60,739 nt of DNA from an uncultured cyanobacterium (GTDB lineage: Bacteria > Cyanobacteriota > Cyanobacteriia > Leptolyngbyales > Leptolyngbyaceae): assembly GCA_963766075.1 (NCBI GenBank), contig CAVYAN010000045.1, positions 1-60,739 on the forward strand, written 5' to 3'. The notes beneath the pieces were generated by a model. It saw only the letters and a list, made by a program, of their open reading frames with translations. It was not told the origin of the DNA and ran no database searches. A program made the translations under genes and the position numbers. Positions 18,707-29,564 of this stretch are shown here, piece by piece (position 1 is the stretch's first letter; the number at the start of each line of letters is the position of its first letter).

Positions 18707-20317
18707 TCAACTGGCGATCGCCTCTGTCTCTACCGCCTGTGGCGCTAGATCTGAGCCCGCATTGCTAACGGCCCGTGGTTTTTCTTGGGCCAGGTAAGCC
18801 GCAACCTGGGCCTCAATTTCGTCTCGCACAATTTGGCGATACTCCAAAAAGTGTTCTCCTAGGGCACAGATGCCTAAGTACGGTTCCCAAACCTTGGGAT
18901 TGTGGCGCAGGATGCCGACCAAGTTTGCCCAGAATTGGAATCGGGTTTTGCGGACCACCCCTTGTCGCCAGCATAAGGTCAGCAGTGCCCGAATGTTGAC
19001 CCAGTTGACTTGGCGCACCCGACTGGGGCATTTAGGGGCACCCAGTTTGAGAAAATGGCGGTAGGTCCGGTTCAGATAGGCGCTGGGGTCGTAAAGGGTC
19101 CAGAAAGCATCAATGTATTCGCGGGCAATGTCTTCTAGGGGGCGGGTGGGCACAAAGTTCATTAAAGTGGTTTGGTTCATCCCAGAGGCTTGATCCCGCA
19201 GACGGCCTTCTTTATGAAGGCGATGCCACAAGGCGGTGTCCGGCAGGGCTTGCAGCATGCTGAACATGGCCGTGGGCACGGTAGTGGTTTCGACAAAGCG
19301 TACAATGCGATCGCCCGCCCCTGCTTTTTCCCCATCAAAGCCAATAATGAAGCCAGCCATGACTCGCAGGCCAGTCGCCACAATTGCGTCAACCGATTCT
19401 GTGAGGGAATCCCGCGTGTTTTGGAATTTTTGGGTGAGGGCAAGGCTGTCTTCATCAGGCGTTTCAATTCCTAGGAAGACGGCGTTAAAGTTGCATTCCA
19501 CCATTAGATCCATCATTTCCTGGTCTTGCGCTAAATCCACAGAAGCCTCGGTATTGAAGCGGAACGGGTAGTTGTGGGCCGCCATCCAGGGCTTCAGCTC
19601 CTTCAGCATCAGTTTGACATTGCGCTTATTGCCAATGAAATTGTCATCCACCATAAAGATGCTGCGCCGCCAGCCCAAGTCGTAGAGTCGCTCCAGTTCA
19701 GCCAGAATCTGGGCGGGTGTCTTGGTGCGGGGTTTGCGACCGTAGAGGACAATGATGTCGCAGAATTCGCATTGAAAGGGACAGCCCCGTGAGAATTGGA
19801 CAGAAAGACTGTCGTAGGCTTCAAACTCCAGCAGGTCAAATCGAGGAATCGGCGTCGTGGTGACATCCGGGCGATCGCCCGGAGGAGCACGGAAAACACC
19901 TTGGGTTTCACCGTTTTTGATCGCGGCAATGAACATGGGCAAGGTGATCTCACCCTCATCCAAAATCATAAAATCAACCCCAGAGGCCGCCATGTCTTCA
20001 GGTAGAGCTGTGGCATAGGGGCCGCCCACCGCTGTGGGGAGATGATGGCGCTTGGCGATTTGAATCTGGTTAACCATGTCGTCTTTTTGGACGATCATGC
20101 CGGAGAGGATGACCAGTTCTGCCCATTGCCACTCGGCGTCGGTGACTTGCCGAACGTTACAATCCACGAGCTTGAATTCCCAGGACTGCGGCAAGATTGC
20201 TGCCACGGTGATCAGCCCCAGAGGGGGCAACATGGCTTTGCGATCGACCAGTTCCAGAGCTTTCTCAAAGGACCAAAAACTTTTGGGAAATTGAGGGTAA
20301 ATCAGTAACGCGCGCAT
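18707..20317 (-). CDS. B12-binding domain radical SAM protein (DUF4070 C-terminus)
   Basis: PPLGLITVAA, GGPY, SRGCPFQCEFCD (CxxxCxxC), VDDNFIGN, GFIIGFD. Confidence 0.92.
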   Translation of the reverse strand: MRALLIYPQFPKSFWSFEKALELVDRKAMLPPLGLITVAAILPQSWEFKLVDCNVRQVTDAEWQWAELVILSGMIVQKDDMVNQIQIAKRHHLPTAVGGPYATALPEDMAASGVDFMILDEGEITLPMFIAAIKNGETQGVFRAPPGDRPDVTTTPIPRFDLLEFEAYDSLSVQFSRGCPFQCEFCDIIVLYGRKPRTKTPAQILAELERLYDLGWRRSIFMVDDNFIGNKRNVKLMLKELKPWMAAHNYPFRFNTEASVDLAQDQEMMDLMVECNFNAVFLGIETPDEDSLALTQKFQNTRDSLTESVDAIVATGLRVMAGFIIGFDGEKAGAGDRIVRFVETTTVPTAMFSMLQALPDTALWHRLHKEGRLRDQASGMNQTTLMNFVPTRPLEDIAREYIDAFWTLYDPSAYLNRTYRHFLKLGAPKCPSRVRQVNWVNIRALLTLCWRQGVVRKTRFQFWANLVGILRHNPKVWEPYLGICALGEHFLEYRQIVRDEIEAQVAAYLAQEKPRAVSNAGSDLAPQAVETEAIAS

Positions 20318-20495
20318 GAACGATTAACCTCGCATTTTTAACGGCAGATTGATACCGGATGATATGAGCGTATCGCGTGTTAACGCTTTTCTACGCAGGC
20401 ATTCTAAAGACTTTAGGGTGTGTCTAGGGTATTTGGCAATTCCGGGGACCATCCCATGGGTTAATTTGGAGAGAATAATGGCAGCAGGATCCAAC

Positions 20496-21437
20496 ATGAA
20501 ACGGGTGAAATCGGTGCTAAAGCCCATACTCCGGTGGGTGATCTTAGGTGGGGCGCTATTTTTCCTGGGTGCCGTGCTGCGGCGGCATTGGCAAGGGGTG
20601 GTCGCCATTCGGGTGGATGGAGCGGGATGGGCCTGTTTGGCGATCGCCCTGGGGCTAACCCTAGCGGCCCATATCTGCGCTGGATGGGTGTGGCGGCGCA
20701 TCCTGTATGAGTTTAAGCAGCCCGTGCAGGGAATTGCGGTCATCCAAGCCTATTTGCAGACCACCATCGCCAAATACCTGCCTGGTAACGTCTGGCACTA
20801 CTACGGACGGGTAACGGCAGCCACCGCCGCAGGGGCAAGTTTGACGGCAGCCACCATTAGCGTCCTCCTCGAACCCCTGTTAATGGCGGCAGCGGCCTTG
20901 CTGGTCACGCTGTTTTGTAGTCAACGCATTGCCTTTTATTACGGATGGCCCATTTTAATCGCGCAATGGGCGAGTTTTGGCATTGTATTGGGGGTAATCC
21001 ATCCCCAGGTCCTCAATCCCCTGCTGCAACGCTTGAATCGGATGCAGCAACGAGCAAAGCCCGCCGATCCTATCGCCTCAGTCGGTCCATCCTTTGGCAT
21101 GGAGCACTACCCCTGGATCCCGTTTCTGGGGGAGTTGGGATTTTTGCTTCTGCGTGGGATGGGGTTTCTTTTGACCTTTCAGGCGATCAGTCAGGTTGAG
21201 GGGGAACAGGTGCCGTTACTGTTAGGGGCGTTTAGTCTGGCTTGGTTGCTAGGATTGGTTGTACCGGGTGCACCGGGGGGAATTGGTGTCTTTGAAGCGA
21301 CGGCAGTGGCTTTGCTGGGCACGACCTTTGCTCCAGGAACGCTGCTGAGCATTGTGGCACTCTATCGGCTGATTAGCGTGTTGGCAGAGGCGATCGCGGC
21401 GGGACTCGCAACACTCGATCAACGCCTCTGGATCTAA
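20496..21437 (+). CDS. UPF0104 / lysylphosphatidylglycerol-synthase TM-like membrane protein
   Basis: AKYLPGNVW, VVPGAPGGIGVFE, YRLISV; multiple TM segments. Confidence 0.8.
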   Translation: MKRVKSVLKPILRWVILGGALFFLGAVLRRHWQGVVAIRVDGAGWACLAIALGLTLAAHICAGWVWRRILYEFKQPVQGIAVIQAYLQTTIAKYLPGNVWHYYGRVTAATAAGASLTAATISVLLEPLLMAAAALLVTLFCSQRIAFYYGWPILIAQWASFGIVLGVIHPQVLNPLLQRLNRMQQRAKPADPIASVGPSFGMEHYPWIPFLGELGFLLLRGMGFLLTFQAISQVEGEQVPLLLGAFSLAWLLGLVVPGAPGGIGVFEATAVALLGTTFAPGTLLSIVALYRLISVLAEAIAAGLATLDQRLWI

Positions 21438-21513
21438 ATGTTGCGTTTAATTTGGGGGCTAATTGGGAGCGAAGTTAGGCTTAATCTGGAATTACCCTAG
21501 GTTTAGCCTAGAC

Positions 21514-22914
21514 CTAATGCCCCTCTGACACATCCAGCAGCATTTCCGGATTGACCATTTCCGGGAGCACATCCATCTCCGGAACCATCCGTTTGAGCTG
21601 AGAAAAAATGCGGTAATCATCGGGATCAAACATCTGCGAGGGCTGCGAGGCCTGTTGCTCGCTCATTTTGATCAAGTTGTATTGGACATTTTCAGCGTGG
21701 ATGGCAAAGGTCACGTTGAAAATCTCGAGGAAATTGACAACCCAAGCACACTCATCTTCAGGCTCATGTTGGTAATAGCGAATCAGCTCTGCAATACGCG
21801 CCTCCAGATGGGTGCGGGCGTAGGGACAAATCAGGATAATTTTGAGCAGCGCAATGACCAGGGTCATTGGGTTGCCTTGGGCTAAAAGCAGTTGAAATAA
21901 TGGGGAAGGGGTGGACTGATTTTCAATGGTCAGGTACTCAATCACACGATTACAGGTGCGTAAAATCAAGGCGTTGTCAATTAATCGCGCATTGTAATTT
22001 GTATAGAGGGGATCTAGTTTTTGTGTCAGGTGGCTCCGGAGGGCGTGAATCACTTCCTGGCTTTCGATGGAAAACACCAGGTAGTTATTTAAGCTACGCT
22101 TGAAGGCTTCGTAGGGAGAATCCTTCACCTGATTGATAAAAATATTCGCCAAGTTGGCATAGCTAAACGGCCCGCGCTTGGCGACGATGGTTTTGATCAA
22201 CCGCAGAGCCTCGTCGCCTAAGATGGTGGGATTTTTTGGGATTTTTTTCTCGGGAACAGCGATTTGAGATTTCGCAATATACATCGCGAGGTCAAATTTG
22301 AATCGCTCCTTTAATTGTTTTGATAGGATACGGGCGGCTTCCCGTTGCTCCATCGGATTATTCGGATCAATGTATTGAGAAACGAGTAGGTAGGATGTGT
22401 AGCGAGCGGCCCACGGGCCCCGGCTTTGCTCTTCGTAGCGGGAAGCAAAGAGGCACAGGTCTTGGTAGTCAGGACTATTGATAAAGCCTTCTAGCCACTG
22501 GCGGATGCGCTTGAGTGCGGGGGTGGGGGCATAGAGAGTGTCCGCAGCCTCCGCAAGGGTCTGCACTAGGCTCTGAATCGGTTTGTAGTGGCGCGTGGCA
22601 TCCCAGTTATTGACGAGAATATAGCAGCACCGTTTTAGGGTGTTCCGAAATTCTGCTTCGTTGTTGGAGAGCATGATACTCTCTAAAGCCCGCATGGCGG
22701 GCTTGCTGATGGAGCCCAGGTTATAGACAAACAGCCGCTTAAATTCCAGCAGCGTTTCTTCGGGGGGCCACTTCTTAACAATATCGAGCAGAAAACTATA
22801 AATCGTTTCCTGAGCAGTAGTCAGGTCGATCCGAGATGGTCTCAGTGGGGTCGGCAGGTCCGGATTTTTCGCCGGTTGGCCACCCTGATTGTAAGCGGCA
22901 CCCTCAAGCGTCAT
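21514..22914 (-). CDS. conserved cyanobacterial hypothetical protein (alpha-helical)
   Basis: 466-aa ORF; LKRCCYILVNNW, RYTSYLLV, FKFDLAMY. Confidence 0.8.
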   Translation of the reverse strand: MTLEGAAYNQGGQPAKNPDLPTPLRPSRIDLTTAQETIYSFLLDIVKKWPPEETLLEFKRLFVYNLGSISKPAMRALESIMLSNNEAEFRNTLKRCCYILVNNWDATRHYKPIQSLVQTLAEAADTLYAPTPALKRIRQWLEGFINSPDYQDLCLFASRYEEQSRGPWAARYTSYLLVSQYIDPNNPMEQREAARILSKQLKERFKFDLAMYIAKSQIAVPEKKIPKNPTILGDEALRLIKTIVAKRGPFSYANLANIFINQVKDSPYEAFKRSLNNYLVFSIESQEVIHALRSHLTQKLDPLYTNYNARLIDNALILRTCNRVIEYLTIENQSTPSPLFQLLLAQGNPMTLVIALLKIILICPYARTHLEARIAELIRYYQHEPEDECAWVVNFLEIFNVTFAIHAENVQYNLIKMSEQQASQPSQMFDPDDYRIFSQLKRMVPEMDVLPEMVNPEMLLDVSEGH

Positions 22915-23477
22915 AGAGTATTCGGGCTGGGTAGATTCTCAGGTAAATTAAGCAGACCGTCAACGGACACAGGTCGTGGGCGGTACGGCGATCGCCGCAT
23001 CTATGCCAGGGTGGTAATTGAACTATTTTAGAACAATGACCAGGATGGCTGACTCGCCGTGTCTCGAGTTGGCTTCCCAATAAATCGGACCAACCAGGGC
23101 AGAGCTGAGACGGGTTTTCAGGAAGAGCCTTTTCAGAGGAAACTGAGGCACGGGCTGAGTCGGCATCAGTTTCTCGGGAGTACATTCTAGAAAGCAGATT
23201 CTAGACAGCACATTCTCAAGAATGAACAGTGGATAAGCGAGAAAAACGAAAGCCAGACAGACAGCTTATAGCAAATCGTAGGAAGTTCTAAGGGCCAATG
23301 ATTAAAGTCAGGTTTATTGGGTTTATTAAAGATGGTTTGAAAGATGGTTTGATGAAAATGGTGGGAAAGCATCCGCAAATTCAGAAACCTTGCAAGCACG
23401 GGGGCGACGCAGGGGACACCTCTCCTACGAATGCCCACGGGATTACGGATTTAGTTATATTACCTCGATAATTTTAC

Positions 23478-24299
23478 TTACGCTACAAGCGCCTCCTGCA
23501 CGATTTGTTGCACTTCGGAACGAACTTGTTCATAAACTTCGGCAGCGCACCAGGGGCGCAGCGATAATACAGTGCCTTCTAGCGAGATGGAGGCTACATG
23601 GCACGTAAGCTTAGGGTCGTCGAGCACGAGGGGGTGAGGTTGCACCAGGGCAGTGAGTTTGGCGATTGTCGGATTGATGGGGCGATCGCCAATTGGCACC
23701 TGTAAATCCACGCGCCGGGTTCCCAAGGTCGTCAGGTTTTTCAAGGTGCCACTAAATAGGTTGCTGTTAGGCACCACAATTTTAATGTTGTCCGGCGTAA
23801 TCACCGTCGTGGAAAAAATACCAATGCTATCAACGGTGCCCGCAACGCCCGCGCCTTCAATAAAATCTCCTGCCTCAAACGGGCGAAAGCTAATCAACAT
23901 CACCCCCGCCGCAAAATGAGACAGGGTATTCTGTAAGGCTAGGCCCACGGCCAAGCCCGCAGCCCCCAGCACCGCCACAATCGTGGTGGTTTGAATGCCC
24001 ACAATGTTGAGTGCTGCCAACACCCCTGCCATCAAGGTCAAAACTTCTGCCACCTGAACAAAAAACTTCCGCAGCGTTGCTTCCATTTGATAGAAGACGC
24101 GACGGCTGAGGCGACCGACAGCCCCGATCACGATGCGCGTGATCAGCAGCACTCCGATCGCCCATAGAATCTTGGGAACGGTTTGCAACACAAGCTGTGT
24201 CACACTGCGCGAAACCTGGGTGCTGGTCTCCAGCCCGCCCCCTGAATCGGCAATTTGAGCAATTGTTGGCAGAACGACTTCAACTAACAGCACTAGCAA
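23478..24299 (-). CDS. mscS: small-conductance mechanosensitive channel MscS family
   Basis: GAAGLAVGLALQNTLSHFAAG, RPFEAGDFI, GTVDSIGIFST, PNS. Confidence 0.9.
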   Translation of the reverse strand: MLVLLVEVVLPTIAQIADSGGGLETSTQVSRSVTQLVLQTVPKILWAIGVLLITRIVIGAVGRLSRRVFYQMEATLRKFFVQVAEVLTLMAGVLAALNIVGIQTTTIVAVLGAAGLAVGLALQNTLSHFAAGVMLISFRPFEAGDFIEGAGVAGTVDSIGIFSTTVITPDNIKIVVPNSNLFSGTLKNLTTLGTRRVDLQVPIGDRPINPTIAKLTALVQPHPLVLDDPKLTCHVASISLEGTVLSLRPWCAAEVYEQVRSEVQQIVQEALVA

Positions 24300-24378
24300 T
24301 CCCCTACGACATGATTAACTGACTCTTGCCCGAATCCCTTGCCTAAATCGCGTTGGTTTAAAGTAGGATTCCCTGCCC

Positions 24379-25572
24379 TTAACCTTTTCCCACTAAATTT
24401 GGCAACGCCCGACTCACGGCAATTCGGGGCAAACGATGTTTGAAATCACAGAGAATCTCCCAGGAAATGGTACCGAGCAACCTAGCCCAATCGTCAGCAG
24501 TAATGGCTTCCGTGCCCTGTTGACCCAGCAGCGTCACGACCTCGCCTTCCTGGACATCAGGCACCGTGCTAATGTCCAGCATGATTTGGTCCATGGTGAT
24601 TGCCCCAATTTGAGGAACACGCTGGCCCCGAACCAAGACCTGAATTTTGTTGGATAGGTTGCGAGGGACACCATCGGCATAGCCGATCGCCACCACGGCC
24701 ATCTGGACTTCGCGATCGGCCACAAAGCTATGCCCATAGCTAACCCCTGTTCCAGCGGCAATGGTTTTCACCTGGCTAATGCGTGCCTTGACCTGGAGGG
24801 CGGGCTGCAAATCGACGACAGAACGCAAATGGGGAGCCGGGTAGAGGCCATAAAGGGCTAATCCCACTCGCACCAAGTCATAATGCAGGCCAGCATCAGC
24901 CAGAGTGCCCGCAGAATTAGCCAAGTGCAGGAGCGGTGGCGGGGAACCGAGGGCAGTGATCTGGGCGATCGCCGCCGTAAACCGCTGTTGCTGTTGCTGC
25001 ATGACTGTAGGATCGGGATCATCGGCAGTCGCCAGATGGGAATATACACTCGCTAGAGCTAGGTGGGGCAACCCCTGCACCAACTGAACAAAGGTGGCGG
25101 CCTCTTGCCAGGGTGTTCCCAAACGGGACATGCCTGTATCCAGCTTCACATGCACCGGCAGGGGGGGACTGGACGCTAGACTGGCCATTGTCTCTGAATA
25201 GATCAGAGCTTGTTTAGGGGTACACAGGGTGGGCTGGAGGTGCCAACGGGCGATCGCCCGAATCTGCTCTGCCGTATTCGTCGCCCCAAGGATTAAGATC
25301 GGCGCAGTGATCCCCGCTTCCCGTAGCTCAATCCCCTCGGGGATCGTAGCCACACCCAACCAGCGGGCCCCAGCACGGAGGACTGTTTGGGCAATGGTCG
25401 CGGCACCGTGTCCATAGGCATCTGCTTTAACAACGGCCATTAGAGCCGTGCGCGGAGACAATAGGCAACAGATCTGCTGGACATTGTGGGCGATCGCCCG
25501 TAGATCCACCTCTACCCAAGCCCGTTCTTGACGCATCCGGGCAATACTCGGACTTTGCTCCCAACTGAGCAT
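24379..25572 (-). CDS. alr: alanine racemase
   Basis: AVVKADAYGHG (PLP lysine), HVKLDTGMSRLG, SYG, GYADG. Confidence 0.97.
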   Translation of the reverse strand: MLSWEQSPSIARMRQERAWVEVDLRAIAHNVQQICCLLSPRTALMAVVKADAYGHGAATIAQTVLRAGARWLGVATIPEGIELREAGITAPILILGATNTAEQIRAIARWHLQPTLCTPKQALIYSETMASLASSPPLPVHVKLDTGMSRLGTPWQEAATFVQLVQGLPHLALASVYSHLATADDPDPTVMQQQQQRFTAAIAQITALGSPPPLLHLANSAGTLADAGLHYDLVRVGLALYGLYPAPHLRSVVDLQPALQVKARISQVKTIAAGTGVSYGHSFVADREVQMAVVAIGYADGVPRNLSNKIQVLVRGQRVPQIGAITMDQIMLDISTVPDVQEGEVVTLLGQQGTEAITADDWARLLGTISWEILCDFKHRLPRIAVSRALPNLVGKG

Positions 25573-25750
25573 ATTTCACATCTCCTTCACACACCACAAC
25601 ACCTACACAGAACTAATTCAGCGCTCCTGAAACCATTCCATAAATGAACAAAACTTAACAGGTTTTCGCCCACCATAGACGCTTTACGGTGGGCAGTTTC
25701 AGGCTGGTTTAGGTGTGTTTAGGGCAGAAAACTGGTGCAGCCTGTGGCGC

Positions 25751-26635
25751 TTAGCGAGAAGTGGGTGGTGACGCCAAGGGGGAAGGAGTCGTTTTTGGGG
25801 GTGGCATCTGGAGCGAAACCTTCCCATCCCGCACCTGAATGTGCCCACCCAGGGCTCTAATTTCGCGTTCAGCGCGGGCTAGCGTCTGCTTGTCGCGAGT
25901 ATTAGCAGCTTGAATATAAACTTCAGCCCAGGAGTTGATGCGAATCGGAATACTGTTTGGATCGGTTGCCAAAAATTCGGCAGTTTGCTGAAACAGCGGG
26001 GCCAAAGCCTGATCCGGCGTACCTTTTACCCATTCAGCAGCCATTTTATGGGAAGCGATGGCCCCTGGGACATCTCCCAAGAGGAGCAGTTGATCCAGCC
26101 CTTGATAGCGCCAAGCGATAAAGGCTTTGGGATTGATCTGGGGTGAAAGCGACGCCGTAGCGCGCTGCATCAAGGCCACAGCTTTTTCAGGCTGGGCAGC
26201 CTGGTAGGACACGGCAGCAGACAAAAAGGGATAAATCTGGACAAACCAAGGGTCTAGACGCGTGACGATATCAAAGTACTCTGGGCTAAGGCCATAACCC
26301 GTTTGCGATCGCGCATCATCATCTCCGTAATACATCAAGAAATTAATAAAGGTCCAATCCGCCACCAGGTTGCTAAAGCCAAAGGTGGGCGACTGCCGTA
26401 AAATCTGCAAGCGAATCGCCTCTTCGCGGTCAGCCTGGGGGTAATCGATGGCTTGCGTAGACTGGGCCAGCTGCAATCGCTGCATGAGCATGACTCCAAT
26501 GATGGCGAGTCCGGTGATGATTCCGCCCACCAAACCACTGGCCCAGTCAGCCCGTGCCGCCCGTGCCGCTGTATTGCCCTGATCCTGGCTCGCCCGGTCT
26601 TTATCCGTCCTATCCATGGCACTCATCCATCCCAA
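25751..26635 (-). CDS. conserved cyanobacterial membrane-anchored hypothetical protein (TPR-like)
   Basis: N-terminal TM segment, PTFGFSNLVADW, TGYGLSPEYF. Confidence 0.7.
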   Translation of the reverse strand: MGWMSAMDRTDKDRASQDQGNTAARAARADWASGLVGGIITGLAIIGVMLMQRLQLAQSTQAIDYPQADREEAIRLQILRQSPTFGFSNLVADWTFINFLMYYGDDDARSQTGYGLSPEYFDIVTRLDPWFVQIYPFLSAAVSYQAAQPEKAVALMQRATASLSPQINPKAFIAWRYQGLDQLLLLGDVPGAIASHKMAAEWVKGTPDQALAPLFQQTAEFLATDPNSIPIRINSWAEVYIQAANTRDKQTLARAEREIRALGGHIQVRDGKVSLQMPPPKTTPSPLASPPTSR

Positions 26636-27265
26636 TCATTCCATCCCAATCATTTTTGCCTTCGCAAAGGTTCCACGTCTAACACGTTTCAACCAGAGCT
26701 CACGCTAGATTTCACCAACTATGCGTTTATGCGCCTAAAAACACTAGAAAAATCCGCTAGACTCCACAAAAATTAACTAAGATTAATCTTCATAAAGTTC
26801 ATGCCTTTCCTTCCACCCCAATTGCCAAAGATTCGGTTAGATTGGCGGAAAGATTAAGCGCTCATCTGCAGGAACTGCCAGAATTTTCAGTAATTCTACG
26901 GAAAGCCTCAATTGTCCTTCGATTTATCTTAATCAAATGGCGATGGACTTAATCTAGTCGTGATTTGAGGAAGGCATTCATGAAATGAAATTCCCCAGTT
27001 TGCTTCCTGAAATTAATTGTATCTAAGATGAACGAACGGACTTGATAATTTTTGGGTGCTCTAGTTTTTGGGTTCTCCTGGCTGCTCTCCGTGAATCCTC
27101 TTTTAAATTTTTGTGGCGGCCATAGGCAATGTCTCACAGGCAATGTCTGAGCATCGCCCCAAAGTCTTGGGTGAGGGCTAAAGCCTTGGGCAAGGGCTAA
27201 GCTCGCTATTTTATTTTTGTTTATCTTTGTTTCTCTCAGTCATTCCTCATCGGTCTTGGAGCTTC

Positions 27266-28592
27266 ATGAATTACACCTACAAGCGCTTTTCTTTCCAACT
27301 CGCTATGTTTAGTGGAGCAATCGTCGGGGTGGCCGCGCTGTCACTATTGGGCTCTCCAGGAGTGCGGGCCGCCCTCAAGGACAGTCCCAAGGTCGTTCTA
27401 GACGAAGCATGGCAGATTGTTAATCGCGATTATGTGGATGGATCGTTTAACAAGACCAATTGGCAGGAAGTCCGGCAGCAGTTGCTGAGTCGCAATTACA
27501 CCTCCAAGGATGAAGCATATAAGGCCCTGAGGGCCGCCCTGGGAAAACTAGACGATCCCTATACGCGGTTTATGGATGCCAAGCAGTATGAAGCCCTGAG
27601 TAATCAAACTTCTGGGGAACTCTCTGGGGTGGGTATTCGGTTAGAAGTCGATGAAAAGACCAAATTGCTCACCGTGGTGGAGCCGATAGAAAATTCTCCA
27701 GCTATGCAGGCGGGCGTGAAGGCGGGCGATCGCATCTTGGCGATTGATGGCAAAGCCACTAAGGGCATGACCGTTGAAGATGCCTCCAATCTAATTCGGG
27801 GCCAAGCGGGCAGTAAGGTCCAGTTAAAAATTGGGCGGCAGGAGCAAGAGTTGGCACTGCTTTTAACCCGTGCCCGGATTGAATTGCCAACGGTACGCTA
27901 TACCCTGAAAACCGAAGGCAAGCGGCAAGTCGGCTACATCCGCCTGAATGAGTTTAGCTCCCATGCAGCGGACCAGATGCGACGTGCCATCAAGGAGCTA
28001 GATACCAAGAAGGTAGATGGCTATGTGTTAGACCTGCGGGGCAATCCAGGTGGACTCCTGCAAGCCAGTATTGAAATTAGCCGTATGTGGATGGACCAAG
28101 GCGGCATTGTCAAAACTGTGGACCGTCGCGGCAAAAGTGAGGCGATCGCCGCCAACCGCACTGCAATCACGAAACTGCCTCTGGTGGTACTTGTAGATGG
28201 CAACTCGGCCAGCTCTAGCGAAATTTTGACCGGGGCACTTAAGGATAATGGCCGTGCCACGGTGGTCGGTAGTCAGACCTTTGGCAAGGCGTTGGTCCAG
28301 TCTGTACACTCATTGTCCGATGGATCAGGCTTGGCCGTGACGATCGCCCATTACTACACGCCCAAGGGCACAGATATTAGCCATAAGGGGATTACGCCTG
28401 ATGTCAAAATTGACCTAACCGATCAGCGATCGCCAGAAGTTCGCAACCAATCCCAAACTCATTGCCACGCTGGGTGATCCACAGTACGCGCGGGCCGTGT
28501 CTGCCCTGGAAAAGCTCATTGCGTCCCGAGTAGCTCCGCGCGCCAGTCAACAAGCCAGCACCGGCCAAAATGTGCAGAAGGGCAGCGACTAG
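27266..28592 (+). CDS. S41 C-terminal processing protease (CtpA/B/C family), apparent +1 frameshift near 28424
   Basis: LDDPYTRF, PDZ domain, LDLRGNPGG, SASSSEI, TFGKALVQ. The given frame stops at 28477; the conserved DPQY..A tail is in the shifted frame ending at 28592. Confidence 0.88.
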
Positions 28593-28627
28593 TTCGCACC
28601 TCCTTTGCCGGCTACGGCTACGCTAGG

Positions 28628-29179
28628 CTACGGTGATGCTAGGCTGGACGGGGGCGGAGGCTCCACCCAGCCTAGTTGTTTTACGAGATGCTGTAACTCT
28701 GGCAGGATTAACTTTTCCATAGCCAGAGTCACTGCGGGCGTGGAACCCGGCATCGAGAAGATTACAGTATGCCCCCACGTGCCTGCGATCGCCCGTGAAG
28801 CCATGGCCCGGGAGCCAATCTCTTGATAACTGAGCCAGCGAAACAATTCCCCAAAGCCCGGTAGGGTTTTTTCAAGCCGATGGGCAATGGCATCATAGGT
28901 TGTATCCCGTGGGGCAATTCCTGTACCCCCATTAAGCAGAACCACTGCCACGTCCGGACGCTCCACCAGCGCCATGACATGGGAGGTTACAGCGTCAGGA
29001 TCATCGGGCACTGTGATGTAAAAAGCAGTGCGATGACCCGCCGTTCGGAGTAGGGCTTGAATAGCTTGACCACTGAGGTCCGTTTCCCCCGTGCGCGTAT
29101 CACTCACGGTAATTACAGCACAAGGAATACTGAGAACAATCCGATCAGCATGGGGAATGACCATTGGGGGAACCGCCAC
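28628..29179 (-). CDS. moaB: molybdenum cofactor biosynthesis protein MoaB/MogA
   Basis: ITVSDTR, GGTGIAPRDTT, PGFGELFR, SMPGS. Confidence 0.9.
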   Translation of the reverse strand: MAVPPMVIPHADRIVLSIPCAVITVSDTRTGETDLSGQAIQALLRTAGHRTAFYITVPDDPDAVTSHVMALVERPDVAVVLLNGGTGIAPRDTTYDAIAHRLEKTLPGFGELFRWLSYQEIGSRAMASRAIAGTWGHTVIFSMPGSTPAVTLAMEKLILPELQHLVKQLGWVEPPPPSSLASP

Positions 29180-29181
29180 GA

Positions 29182-29511
29182 TTAGCTTTTGGTCAACTCA
29201 TTTTCTGCTGCATAACGCTCCATAAAGCGAATAAAGCGATCCCATTCAGCCGTGGACTTCATCACATACAGCGCTTCAAGGGCTTCTGGCTGACCATTCA
29301 CAAACTTGGCCTTAACCTCTTTGGTGACGAGTTCGCCTTCTTCGTCCAACAGATACATGCCCGTAATTTCTAGATCGCTTTTGCTAGACAGGGCATCGGG
29401 TTTTTCAAAATAAAATGTGGCGGTGCCGTTGGTGCCATCTTTGGAGCGGGTGATCCGCACGTCGGGAATGACGGTCTCGTCTACCCCTTGAGAAAATTGA
29501 ATACGTGCCAT
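29182..29511 (-). CDS. psb28: photosystem II assembly factor Psb28
   Basis: [29 protein letters not shown]. Confidence 0.96.
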   Translation of the reverse strand: MARIQFSQGVDETVIPDVRITRSKDGTNGTATFYFEKPDALSSKSDLEITGMYLLDEEGELVTKEVKAKFVNGQPEALEALYVMKSTAEWDRFIRFMERYAAENELTKS

Positions 29512-29564
29512 ATGCCACGCTCCCCTTGCTTAAAGTGCTGTTAATGTTTGTTTATTGTCCCACC

